A stretch of DNA of 63,544 bases, counting the filler, from Nemertoderma westbladi (Eukaryota; Animalia; Xenacoelomorpha), in NCBI GenBank assembly GCA_032718475.1. It is 3 parts of 3 records of this genome, joined end to end, with 100 filler letters (N's around TTAATTAATTAA, not from the genome) between each part and the next. Parts side by side here need not be neighbours in the genome. Positions count along the whole stretch, not along the records: positions 1 to 29,915 come from JAUCBJ010000992.1; positions 30,016 to 55,885 come from JAUCBJ010002926.1; 1 more part is not named here. One strand, given 5' to 3'. The position numbers and the translations under genes are program-made. The notes beneath the pieces are model-generated. The model saw only the letters and a program-made list of their open reading frames with translations, was not told where the DNA came from and made no database searches. Shown in pieces: positions 24,009 through 36,843 of the stretch (position 1 is the stretch's first letter; every line of letters starts with the position of its first letter).

Positions 24009-25149
24009 GGAAGCAGGACAATTCGGTCCCGGACAATTCGGTCCGGACAATTCGGTCCCGGACAATTCGGTCCCGGACAATTCGGTCCCATTAATTTTGT
24101 GTTTTGGGACCGAATTGTCCGGGACCGAATTGTCCGGATACTGACTAGGACAATTCGGTCCCAAAACATGCATATTAATGGGACCGAATTGTCCGGGACC
24201 GAATTGTCCGGGACCGAATTGTCCGGGACCGAATTGTCCAGGACCGAATTGTCCGGGACCAAATTTAATTGGTACTATATAATGGTGAATGTTCTAGAAC
24301 CTTAATATATATTATTATATGGTAGCTAGTGTTTTTTTTACTAGCTAGTATTTTTTTTAAATAAAAAAAATTTACTTTTTTTTGTTAACATTATTATTTA
24401 TGGTAGCTATGGTGTTTTTATGGAGCTTGTGAATTATTTACTAGCTAGTAATAGTATGTATTTAAAATGTTTAAAGCTGATTTTTTTTATATACTGCGTA
24501 AGTATACTGTATGTGTTGTTGGTTGGTAACAAGCCTAAATTATTATCCTAGATAATAGCTGGATCTCATTCAGGGACTGTTATAATATCATCAATATTGT
24601 TGGTAATTAATATAATCAGCAACAGTTTAGGCCTAATTCTGAAATATCAATGTTTTCACAAGTGTTTTTATAATTTCAAGGAAATGCTAGCTAGTAAAAA
24701 AAAACACTAGCTACACCTTAATAAATAATATATAATAATGTTCTCGAACACTTACCAATAACAAAAATAAAAAAAATACAGTATTTTTAAAATTTCAAAA
24801 AATTCTAGCAAGTAAATAACACTAGCTACCATAACAAATATCTCTACTAATGTTCTAGAACATTCACCAATATCAAAAAAGCACTAAAAAGTTGCTATCA
24901 GGAACCGGACAATTCGGTCCCGGACAATTCGGTCCCGGACAATTCGGTCCCGGACAATTCGGTCCCGGACAATTCGGTCCTAGGACAATTCGGTCCTAGG
25001 ACAATTCGGTCCCGGACAATTCGGTCCCGGACAATTCGGTCCCATTTATTTAGTGTTTTGGGACCGAATTGTCCGGGACCGAATTGTCCGGGACCGAATT
25101 GTCCGGACCGAATTGTCCGGGACCGAATTGTCCGGGACCGAATTGTCCT
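24009..25149. mobile_element. Foldback-type element built from inverted arrays of (GGACAATTCGGTCCC)n
   Basis: 15-bp units in alternating orientation at 24015-24260 and 24901-25149; flanked by direct repeat ACATCCCAATAAAGT (23994-24008, 25150-25164); same unit recurs at ~27036-27128. Confidence 0.75.
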
Positions 25150-27127
25150 ACATCCCAATAAAGTAATCCAACCCTACAGACAGACAGTAGTTCTGATGTT
25201 CTAAACTCAAACTCTCATAAGTATTCAAAAGAAGATCAGATCAATTGATTGAATAACACCAGTTCAATCCCGTATCTTACAGAATATTATATTCAGTTAC
25301 CGAAAATATTTAATAGTATTGATGTTGAGGGCCATTATTATATATAGGTATATGTAATAATTTATATTATGGGAATTTTATAACTTTATTTATATTATAA
25401 ATAATAACAAAGATTTAATTATTTTGCATAGGGAGAGCTCGCAATTTTCGCAAAAATTAGATCTAAAATAATTAATTTATATCAGATATAAATACATAAA
25501 TGATATAAATTTCCCTCAATTGATTTTCATTTTAATTAGTTTTTGTTCGATTTTGGTCCCATATTATCTGTATTGAGTATTCGAGTTAATACCTGTGTAT
25601 CTGCTACGTTTCCCTTTGGTAGACTCAAACCTGGACCATCTACTAATAAAACGTTTAAATTATAACTCAGAGGTTCCCATTGGTTATATTATTTAACCAA
25701 TAAAACATTGGTTTACAATGAGTGTAACGGAGTTGGTTCCCATTCAGAACTACTATAATGTTATATGTTTATCTAATCTATTCTAATTATCTCGGTCCCA
25801 CTGTGGCTGGTTGTGGTTTCCCTAAAGTTACCCGACAACCCTATGTCATTGTACGTCCGTCCGTGTTACTAAACTATCAACTCTGTTTGGACAATCGCAC
25901 TCCATTCTGCACCCAAAAACACCAGTTCAGCTATTTATATCCTTATAAAGGATAAATATTTAGCATTAATTACAGCGATCAGTGGATTGGTTACAGACTT
26001 GGTAAACCTCGGGGTTCTGTATTAGATACACAGGGGGTTCGTTCCTATACTTACATTCATATGTAACACAGATATGTAACGGTGACAGGAAACCAAGTCA
26101 GATGTTCAGCTAATAATTATTGTAGCATCATTATTGTGAGCTAACCCTATTCATTACTTTTTAATATTTATTTGTATATTCTGTTGAGTTAATGTGATTT
26201 AATTGAATTGTGTTCCAGCTATTATTCTATATTTAGTTAAGTAAGTAATGTTTTCTAAAAACATATTTATAAATTTCTGAAAGACTATTGATTAATATAT
26301 TTATTTATAGCCCAATTAATTTTGCATGTAATTTATAAATGTATAATTTTATTAAATTAGTTATAACTTTTCTTTTAACGATAAACCCAAGTTGAAAAAT
26401 ATAAAATATATATTTTACATGTGTCATTATATCAACGTATATTAGACCTATATTGACCATAAATTTACAAGCTGATAACATACAATAACATACAATAAAT
26501 AAATAAACAAGGTTCATACAATAAATTCAGATTCCGTGATCCCAGGGTACGACAAGGCTCATATTTATCGAGTAGATTCGCTAGGTAGTCTGGCGCCAAA
26601 CCGTGTAGACACTTATAAACTAGTGTTGCGATCTTAAAATCAATCCTTCTACAGATAGGTAGACAGTGTAGCTCCCGGAGTTCAATAGTAGTTCCAATAG
26701 CGATTTACGTCTCTGAATTTATACACATTAGTATTTTGATAATATATTTACAAATTGTTTGTTGAATTTAAAACGGTTTTCAGATTCGGAGTCTACAGAC
26801 GAAGGCGCTACGAATAATATCTAGATTACATTTCAAAGACGTAAAATAAAGTCTACGGAGGTGGTTAAACATTGCTAAATAGACATATTTTAAGGGATTG
26901 TTGTATGGAAATAACTGAGAAATTAAAAAATCTGGCCAGGCCAACAGTGAGAAAAGGTGTCGATCTATCATCATACCGAATTTCGTAGCATTTTATTGAA
27001 ATTTGAAAAAAATTAGGGGGGGGGGGGCTCCTTTTATTCGGTCCCGTACAATTCTGTCCCGGACAATTCGGTCCCGGACAATTCGGGCCCGGACAATTCG
27101 GTCCCGAACAATTTGGTCCCGGACAAT

Positions 27128-28637
27128 TAGGATCTGTGGAAGGTGTGGGAGGCGGAGTGGGAAGTACAGGAGGATCTGTGGAGGGTGTGGGAGGCGGAGT
27201 TGGAAGTACAAGAGGATCTCTGGAGGGTGTAGGAGACGGAGTGGGAAGTACAGGAGGATCTGTGGAGGGTGTGGGAGGCGGATTGGGAAGTATGGGAGGA
27301 TCTGTGGAGGGTGTGGGAGACGGAGTGGGAAGTACAAGAGGATCTGTGGAGGGTGTGGGAGACGGAGTGGGAGGTACAGGAGGATCTGTGGAGGGTGTGG
27401 GAGACGGAGTGGGAAGTATGGGGGGATCTGTGGAGGGTGTGGAGACGGAGTGGGAGGTACAGGAGGATCTGTGGAGGGTGTGGGAGACGGAGTGGGAAGT
27501 ACAGGAGGATCTGTGGAGGGTGTGGGAGACGGAGTGGGAAGTACAGGAGGATCTTTGGAGGGTGTGGGAGACGGAGTGGGAAGTATGGGGGGATCTGTGG
27601 AGGGTGTGGGAGACGGAGTGGGAAGTACAGGAGGATCTGCGAAGGGTGTGGAAGACAGAGTGGGAGGTACAGGAGGATCTGTGGAGGGTGCGGGAGACGG
27701 AGTAGGAAGTACAGGAGGATCTGTGGATGGTGTAGAAGACGGAGTGGGAGGTATGGGGGGATCTGTGGAGGGTGTGGGAGACGGAGTGGGAAGTACAGGA
27801 GGATCTGTGGAGGGTGTGGGAGACGGAGTGGGAAGTACTGGAGGATCTTTGGAGGGTGTGGGAGACGGAGTGGGAAGTATGGGGGGATCTGTGGAGGGCG
27901 TGGGAGACGGAGTGGGAAGTACAGGAGGATCTGCGAAGGGTGTGGAAGACAGAGTGGGAGGTACAGGAGGATCTGTGGAGGGTGTGGGAGACGGAGTAGG
28001 AAGTACAGGGATCTGTGGATGATGGTGTAGGAGACGGAGTGGGAGGTATGGGGGGATCTGTGGAGGGCGTGGGAGACGGAGTGGGAAGTACAAGAGGATC
28101 TCTGGAGGGTGTAGGAGACGGAGTGGGAAGTACAGGAGGATCTCTGGAGGGTGTGGGAGACGGAGTAGGAAGTACAGGAGGATCTGTTTATGGTGTAGGA
28201 GACGGAGTGGGAGGTATGGGGGGATCTGTGGAGGGCGTGGGAGACGCAGTGGGAAGTACAAGAGGATCTCTGGAGGGTGTAGGAGACGGAGTGGGAAGTA
28301 CAGGAGGATATGTGGAGGGTGTGGGAGGCGGAGTGGAAGTTCAGGAGGATCTGTGGAGGGTGTGGGAGGCAGAGTTGGAAGTACAAGAGGATCTCTGGAG
28401 GGTGTAGGAGACGGAGTGGGAAGTACAGGAGGATCTGTGGAGGGTGTGGGAGGCGGATTGGGAAGTATGGGAGGATCTGTGGAGGGTGTGTGAGACGGAG
28501 TGGGAAGTACAGGAGGATCTGTGGAGGGTGTGTGAGGCGGGGTGGGAAGTACAGGAGGTTCTGTGGAGGGTGTGGGAGACGGAGTGGGAAGTACAGGAGG
28601 ATCTGTGGAGGGTGTGTGAGGCGGGGTGGGAAGTACA
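27128..28637. repeat. 42-bp G-rich minisatellite, ~36 units
   Basis: Unit GGAGGATCTGTGGAGGGTGTGGGAGACGGAGTGGGAAGTACA; several frame-breaking indels. Confidence 0.95.
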
Positions 28638-29915
28638 GACGAACCAATTAAGACGAACCAATTAAACATACAGTTAAAAATGGTGCACCGTGGATTAATA
28701 CCAGTCTGCGAGGTCATTCCCCCGCAGACCCGCACCATCTCCAAAGCCCAGCGCCCTCCAGGGACGCCGGCCACCACGCAGACAGAGGGAGTTAAAGCGG
28801 AGGAGCGCGAACTGAAGCCGCCTCCGAACTCCCCGAGAACGCAGGCTAGGCCACGTCCCCGCATCCCCTGCCACCGAGCTACTGCATTGTAATTAGTATA
28901 AGTCATAAATAATTCTGTCTGATATTTAAAGCGCGCCATCTAAAGGAGCTGTTGGTATTTCCCTGAAAATAAACATAGTTTTTGTAGATTATATAGTAGA
29001 GAACAATCGAATAATACAAAGTAGCCTATCCCTCACTCTGGCCATAGACTTCAGTCTCCCAAACACAGTGGGTCATACGCCGCGCTAGACTGCTTCTGCT
29101 GTGTTCATATTTTGTATGGGCTGTCAGACATTATAAAACACGTAAATTAACAGGTAGGTTAAACTGTTGCATTAGCATTGTGCTTGCATCTCCTTTAGGA
29201 AATGCGTTTCTAGTATAAACGGAGTTTTAGAGAATAAAATAAGATATTATCATTATTATTTGTTCCAACGCCAGCCCTCTAAGGACTGATTCAGATCAAC
29301 TATTACAACCATGGGGACATTCAAAAATAAGAGAGTTGCCAGAGTTCAACATCCGATTCAACATGTAGTAAGTATTATGTACCAACATGGTGTCGGTATA
29401 AATCAGTCACATAACCCCCCCCCCCCCCACCCCTCCCCAGCCTATAACCCTTATAATAATTATTATATCCTACGTTGTGATGGAACCAATTATCATGACC
29501 ATTCTACATTATTATCTTGGCAACATCCTATTAACTATTATTATTGTACTTCAGCCCCTATGACATCTCTATACATTGGATAGCCGTAGCTGGATTATAC
29601 AAATAATCTATTTTTTGGCATCTCCATCGTGTTAACAGATACCAAACGTGATTTGAATACATTGTGTATACTGTAGCTAGGTAGGCAAAGTAAACATTCT
29701 AATATAGCCAACAATTATTACTGATGCTACCTTATTGAATATAATATCAAGTGAAACGCACTTAATACAGAGTTTATTACCTTATTGTCAATTCAGTTTT
29801 GCATTCTAATTATTAATTTAATTAATTATTTAATTAACAACAACCATACTATAACGCAACCAAGATAACAGCTCAACAAACTAGAACAAAAGGTTAGTAG
29901 TTTCCAGAATCAACA

Positions 29916-30015
29916 NNNNNNNNNNNNNNNNNNNNNNNNNNNNNNNNNNNNNNNNNNNNTTAATTAATTAANNNNNNNNNNNNNNNNNNNNNNNNNNNNN
30001 NNNNNNNNNNNNNNN
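29916..30015. other. Artificial contig spacer N44-TTAATTAATTAA-N44
   Basis: Symmetric Ns around a six-frame stop linker; exactly 100 bp. Confidence 0.98.
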
Positions 30016-30348
30016 TAGAACTAAGTTCGTGCTACCCACGTAGCTATCCCCACGATTGAAACATTGGAACTAAGTTCGTACCCATTGGAACTAAATTCGC
30101 TTCCATTGGAACTAAATTCGCTTCCATTGGAACTAAATTCGCATGCATTGGAACTAAATTCACATGCATTGGAACTAAATTCGCATCCATTGGAACTAAG
30201 TTCGTTTTGATATTCTGGGATTGGAACTAAGTTCGCCTCGATTGGAACTAAGTTCGCTTTGTAAAATTTATTTTGGAACTAAATGCATTTCAATTGGAAC
30301 TACATAAGTTCGCCTTTGAAAATGTGCGATTGGAACTAAGTTCGTGCT
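30016..30348. repeat. Degenerate ~22-bp repeat (ATTGGAACTAARTTCGC core)
   Basis: About 12 copies of the core. Confidence 0.85.
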
Positions 30349-30544
30349 AACCTTATGAGTTACCAGTGGAGCACGGGCCTTTTAGTAGAAGCCACATTCA
30401 GCGTCACACCTCTGATTGCAGTTTAGGAATGTAATTTTGTAAATTTAGGGCCATTTTTTATATTTTTATATTTTGTTAGGGCCACTATTAATAAATTTAC
30501 TGTAATTTAACTGTACAATATGTTCAATTCCTATATTAATGATT

Positions 30545-30918
30545 GTGGCCCTCATTAGACAATGTTCCTAAGGGCCATTTAAAAGGAAGTGGCCTATTCA
30601 TGACAATGTCCAATTTGAGCCACTTAAATATAAAATAGCCCTCAGTAGTGAGTAGACAATGTTCGTAAGGGCCATTTAAAAGGAAGTGGCCCATTTAAGA
30701 CAATGTCTCATTTGAGCCACTTAAATGTAAAATGGCCCTCAGTAAACAATGTTTGTAAGGGCCATTTAAAAGGAAGTGGCCCATTCAAGACAATGTCTCA
30801 TTTGAGCCACTTAAATGTAAAATGGCCCTCAGTAAACAATGTTTGTAAGGGCCATTTAAAAGGAAGTGGCCCATTTAAGACAATGTCTCATTTGAGCCAC
30901 TTAAATCTAAAATGGCCC
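30545..30918. repeat. 90-bp tandem repeat (~4 units), partial extra copy at ~31240-31340
   Basis: Repeated AAGGGCCATTTAAAAGGAAGTGGCCCATT...GAGCCACTTAAATGTAAAAT. Confidence 0.85.
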
Positions 30919-32739
30919 TAGATGGCAATAGATACGAATTGATTTCTACATCTTGTTTCTCGCATTACATGTGTTTTACGTTGGTTCTGAATTCATTGGA
31001 ATAAATAAAAACGGCTTTAGACATTTCAAATTGTATTTTTCGGAGGTGTGTGCCAAATTAATAATAAACAAAACTAATAACAAAATTTTAATAAAAAAAA
31101 CTTCCCAAGAAATTGGAATATTTATAATCAGCGCCCCAGAAAACCTAAAAATGTGATTTTAAGCACGCTAATAAGAGTAAATTTTTTATTATTATTTCCG
31201 GTATGAATAGGGTTAAAGGTGTAAAAAGGGTAAAAAGTTAAAGTGGCCCATTCAAGACAATGTCTCATTGGAGCCACTTAAATGGCCCTCAGTAGACACT
31301 GTTCCTAAGGGCCATTTAAATTGGTCTGGGTCCTTCAAGACAAATCTCCCATTGGATACACGCAATGAAGGAAATGTCATATCATAGCATAGCATAGCAT
31401 AGCATAGTATAATACCATAGCATACATACATAACATAACATAATGCATAACTATATAATAATTCAGCTGGTCGAGACAATGACAAATATAGAATAGGCCC
31501 TATAACAATATTATAGATATAGAATAATAATGAAATTTATAGAGGCACATAAATAATGGCTATAATAATGTAGCACATACTGAATTTGTAAGGCTGAAGT
31601 GTTTTCAATACTAACTGCTAATGGATTATATTCCTGTCGCTAGAATATCGTTTCTAGTAGTCGTGAAATGTTAGGATACATACCTAACATAACATCTACA
31701 GTTAGTTATCATAGCATGCATAGCATACATCTTATATCAGCAAACCAAACATAAACTGTAGCATGCTCTAAGACTAAGGGTCGGACGATACCATGCCAAG
31801 CATAGTTATATACCATACCATACATACCTTAAATAGCATGCAACATTGTAATCCTAAAGTATATTTCCTTGTTTTTTAGGTTTCAAACTATGTTTTGTTA
31901 AACTGTAGTGGCCGCTAAATGAATCAAGTTTCCATAATTATTCATGTGTATTCATGTTGTATTTGTGCAAATTATCAAACCTTCCGTTTGGCACAGCTTA
32001 GTGAAGTACAAGAGACGGCGAAGCACATAATAACAAAGAATCGAATATAGTGGCTGCAGATATGGTTTGACAGATGGGAGCTAGGTATATTAGGTAGTAT
32101 TTCAAGGTCTACCTTTTTTTTTTGCCTGAGCCGCTAGCGGAATGGTAAGAGCGCCAAACTGGCGGTCACCACTTCGATCCCATCTGGACGTCATTCTCGA
32201 CTTTGCTAAGCTGTGCCCAACAAAAGTTATAATAATTATTCATGAATCAATAATTATTGCTGTTCAATTTATTTCAGGGAAATTCGTTGAGTAGAAACAT
32301 ATGTAATTATCAGATTCTGCATTTTTGCACTTCTGTTTCTCGCTACTTTTCCTTGTTTCGGCGTCTATATTCTACCTATATTATTTTTTTTTAAAGAAAA
32401 CTCTATAATTAGAGCCATTGTGTCAATTATTTTCTTCCACCACTGCGTGGAACATCGTGGTATTTATTGCTATTTCAAAATATATTTTAGAAGGAAAAAA
32501 GTTCTGGAAGGGCCATACCTCACTACTTGTTAATTAGAGCCCCCTAGTGGATCATATTAGTATTTCATTTACATCTAAGCAAGTTTGTTGGGTATGCTCA
32601 AAAGTTATATATTCGCACTGGCCCTTATCGGCCAATGCATATATATATATATATATTTTTTATTATTTTAATTATATAAATTTAAATAAATTATAATTTT
32701 ATTTTTCCAGTAAGGCGCAAATACTAAAAAATATTATAA

Positions 32740-32990
32740 AAATTCAGAATAAATTATTAAAATGTAAAAACGAATCAAAATTTTTGGGAATATATATTGA
32801 TGATAAATTAACTTGGAAATTTCACTGCGCTTATATTCAAAATAAAATTTCAAAATCTTGCGGCAAATTTTTCAAAATTCGTCATTCTCTACCTTTGAAT
32901 GTTTTATAAATGTTATATTTCACTCTCATTTATTTTATTACCGCAGCATTATTTATTTTACCCACATTTCTACTACTCTGTCAAACCGAT
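32740..32990 (+). pseudogene. CR1/L2-type LINE reverse transcriptase C-terminal fragment
   Basis: Manual translation KFLGIYIDDKLTWKFHCAYIQNKISKSCG...MLYFTLIY, with a stop. Confidence 0.75.
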
Positions 32991-32997
32991 CTAAAAA

Positions 32998-33110
32998 GGG
33001 TGATAGGGAGTTGTGGCGGCGCAATTTTGTCGACAAGTCGCAACATCATTCTTAAAAATGCAGCTGCAATGCAGCATGCCGATCCTAGAAGTAGTACTAC
33101 TGTAGTAGTA
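32998..33110 (+). mobile_element. 3' tail fragment of the RTE-clade LINE family
   Basis: Matches ~38944-39044, including a degenerate (TAG)n tail. Confidence 0.85.
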
Positions 33111-34544
33111 TCTCGTTGGCGCCTCTGTAGTTCCCACGTCCCCATCCCAACCAAAGTGTGGCTCTATAAACCTCACCCTCCCCCCTCAACCCCCACAAAG
33201 AATAATCTTAAGTTCACCCCCCCCCCCCCCCCCCTCCCCCCGGGATGTCGCGGGTTGTCGGTGTGTTTTAGCCCGCACACTACTACCATATCCAGATTAT
33301 TATTATCGCGAAGTAATAGTCGCATTATACGGTGCCTGAAAGCGTTCAAAACAATGACCACCTTTTTATTTTGATCCACATATATTTCTTGTATTTCAAC
33401 TAATTATATATAGCCCAAGGCGGGGTAGCTCTGTTAAAGCATTTGATAAAATACATATGTTCTTTCACTCTCAATTTTCATATATTGTGACTTCTTTCTG
33501 TTACTTAATAAACCATCAAAAATGAAGGCAAAATGTCCGGTCTGATACAGTATAATGAACGGAGTTGCGCTAGTGTACCTGTCACCGAGGACCGCTCACT
33601 CTATCTGTTTATTTCCCTTTTTCCCTTCGATGTATTGATTTGCTCTATATTTTATTTGGTTCGATACGGTATTTGATTATCTATTGTATTTAACTGAGAT
33701 ACGATACCGCCGGGAGGGTGTTACAACACAGTATAACAAGCAAATGACTGACTAATTAATTCTGTAAGAACTCAAGTCTGGTGATTGTGTTTCCCTTTAG
33801 AGGAAACGTATTGTGACAAGTCTTTGGGTCTAATTATATTGATATCACTACAGTATTCAATTTGTGACAACTCTCAATCGTGATGTAATTAATAATAAGA
33901 GCTTTGCTTATATTAATGGTCTGAAATATAGCCATATATTAATTATTTAGTAAGTCAGAGATATGACAACACACAAATCTGATACAATTGTCCAGATTAT
34001 CACTGATACTTAGTTACAGCAACCCACCTGTTGTGGCGCGTGTAAAACTTCCTTGATTCTGTAATATCGGCGATATATTAAGCAAATAATAAAGATAAAT
34101 TGAATTTACCAGTAGAATATCCAATAATAATAATTATAACTCAATTATTAACTCTTTAAGTTTAGACCTTAGGCCTGTAATAACCAAAAGTCAATTAAAC
34201 CTGACCGGGGATTAGTGCCTCTGCATGGGCAATACGACTTCTTCTGTCAAACAATAACAAAAAAGAGTATATCAAACACAGAACCAATGCACTTATATAT
34301 CAGCCCATCAGTAAGGAGCATAGCCAATAAGGTGGATCCCTAGCTTACACTACTGCACTAATACAAGTTGGAACGCAGATAATGGCACTAGATGGCGTCA
34401 AAACCCTTACTAGAGAATAATACGATAGAAATGACCAATATTATATCGTAACCGACTTTATCAATATAAAATGGTGTTTTGAGCTTAAAATTAGTAAAAT
34501 AAGTAATCTAAAAGGCTAAGTTCACACGTGTAGCAACAAGCTCA

Positions 34545-34725
34545 GATGGCTGATCGCCGGGCCTGGAATTTATAGGTTGTACTGTACGTTCAGTCCCACC
34601 AGGGCCAACTCAGCCTTTCATTAACTGGGGTCGATAACATAAGTACCAGTTAACTTATGGGAGCAAAACAAGAGATAGAAATAGCGCCCACCTCTGCCCT
34701 ACTCCAAACAGTTTACATGAATAAG
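34545..34725 (+). mobile_element. SINE-like fragment (duplicate at ~50022-50200)
   Basis: CAACTCAGCCTTTCAT...GGGGTCGATAA..AAGTACCAG resembles a conserved central core of metazoan tRNA-derived SINEs; recognised from memory only. Confidence 0.5.
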
Positions 34726-34986
34726 CAAGAGTCTTTAATAGCGAGTTTTTAATTTTATAATATGGACTTTTCATACAATAAAATCGTAACTGTATAAGAA
34801 ATTGTCTTTTATAAGATAAATTAACACACGGACAAGGTGATACAGGTAGTTTTATGACATATAAGATACGGTATCTACATAAACTTTTAAAAATTGACAA
34901 TCACTTATTTTTATTTCCTTCTACACTAAAAGCGACAAATTTCCTTTAATGACCAGTGATCAGAACAATTTTGTTACCGGTAACTT

Positions 34987-36356
34987 TCAGTTTTATGAAC
35001 AAAATTGATGTGGGCGTTTAGCGAGCTTTGCTGACTGTATGCTTTATTACAATAACCGCAGTTATATTTAATACCTTTATGGGTGGAGTTGAAATGTTGG
35101 TTTAGACCGGTTTTTGTTACAAATAATTTTCCACAATCAAAGCAGCTGTGCTTGATACCTTCATGGACTGAGTCGATGTGGCGCTTTACGTGGTATTTGG
35201 AACTGAATTCTTTATTACAATAACCGCATTTATATCTGAAATCTTTATGGATAGAGTCGAAATGTTGTTTTAGATTGGATTTTGTAGGAAAAGATTTCCC
35301 ACAATCAAAGCAGCTGTATTTTATATCTTTATGAAAGTAGTTGAAATGGGTTGTTAGGTAGGTTTTCTGACTGAATTGTTTATGACAATAACCGCAGTTA
35401 TGTTTGACACCTTTATGGATTGAGTCGACATGTTGTTTTAGTTCGGGTTTTGTAGGAAAAGGTTTCTCACAATCAAAGCAGCTGTACTTTATATCTTTAT
35501 GAATGTAGTTGACATGGATTTTTAGTTTGCCTTGCTGACTGAATTGTTTGTGGCAATAACCGCATTTATGTTTGACATCTCTATGGATAGAGTCAACATG
35601 CTTCTTTATATTACTCCTGTATTTAAACGGTTTCTCACAATAATCGCATTTATACTTTAATAACTCCCTACCAGTCTCACTAGAACTATCGGACTCTGGT
35701 GTTGCACAGCTGTTTGTCGGTTTAGTAGAGCTGCAAAGATCAACGTTGTCACGAGAGGTTCCAGCAACGTTAAATTGTTCTTAACAGTTTGAGTTTCTGT
35801 TAATGACTCAGTAACTAAAAAACAACCTTCAGATTTTACACTGATGAACTGCAACACAGGAGCAGAATGCTGAATATGAATATCTTCAGTTTCAATAGGC
35901 GCCTACCATACGAACAGTCGGGGCTGTCGTCTTCCGGTTTTTCGACAACAAAAGACTGTCCAGATGGTTCATTAGAATTAATATCTCCGAACAAATTGTT
36001 GTGATCTTCGATAGATGATCTGTAAACGCAGTTATCTTGTTTAACTCTAAGAGAATAGGTTATACTGTCTGTTGGTTCTTTCTTGTGTTGATAATTATAG
36101 AGTCTATTGGTTCTTTCTTTATGATTATATGTATAACTTCAGGAGAATAGGAGACACAGTCTGTTGGTTCTTCTTTCTTGATAATTATAGAGTCTGTTCG
36201 TTCCTTATTTATGATTATAGAGTCTGTTGGGTCTTTCTTTATAATTATAGAGTCGGTTGGTTCTTTCTTTATGATTATAGAGTCTGTGAGTTCCTTCTTT
36301 ACAATTATACCGGCACCACAGGATTTATCTTTCAATAAATTAATTTGTTGATTCAT
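34987..36356 (-). pseudogene. Decayed paralogue of the C2H2 zinc-finger gene at 53148-54545
   Basis: Colinear homology including flanks; stop at 36060, frameshift near 35780 (TVKNNLTLL versus TAKEQFNVA); expanded DSIIIKKEPT repeats. Confidence 0.85.
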
Positions 36357-36843
36357 TATGAAATCTTAAATAAATATTTATCAATAAATTACAATATATA
36401 CCAGAGACGAGGCCTATTGTAGATATAATTCAGGGTACAGGAATACCTAACGAAGATGTACAATGTATATAATATATATAGTCAATCAGGCTAAAAATAA
36501 CATTCGGAAATATAGGGTAAAAAACAGTCCTTACAACTCAAAAATTGTTTAAAACATTTGTGAATATTGACAGCATGTCATGGTTGAATTACGGGTCCAC
36601 CTGTCATGTTGTAACGGTTGAATTGAATGAATTTTAGACAATATAATATTCAATGTTACTGTAATCGCTAAAGAAACATTGTCAAATCATTTAGTTTTTA
36701 CTAAGAAATGGGAAATTGGTTATTCGGAAAATGGGTTATTGCGGTTGCGGGTCCATCTGTCATGTTTGTACGAAATTTTTCTGCTGTATTTGTTTTTCCT
36801 GTTTGTTTTTTCCTGTTCGATTGTTTTCTCGCAACTGAAAGAT

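Noticed and set aside
26993-28939. 648-aa Pro/Thr-rich mucin- or extensin-like ORF and overlapping ORFs
   Set aside because: By-product of a 42-bp repeat lacking stops in several frames; indels switch the peptide repeat mid-ORF
32128-32185. tRNA gene
   Set aside because: Only A-box- and B-box-like remnants, no full cloverleaf; at most a decayed SINE head
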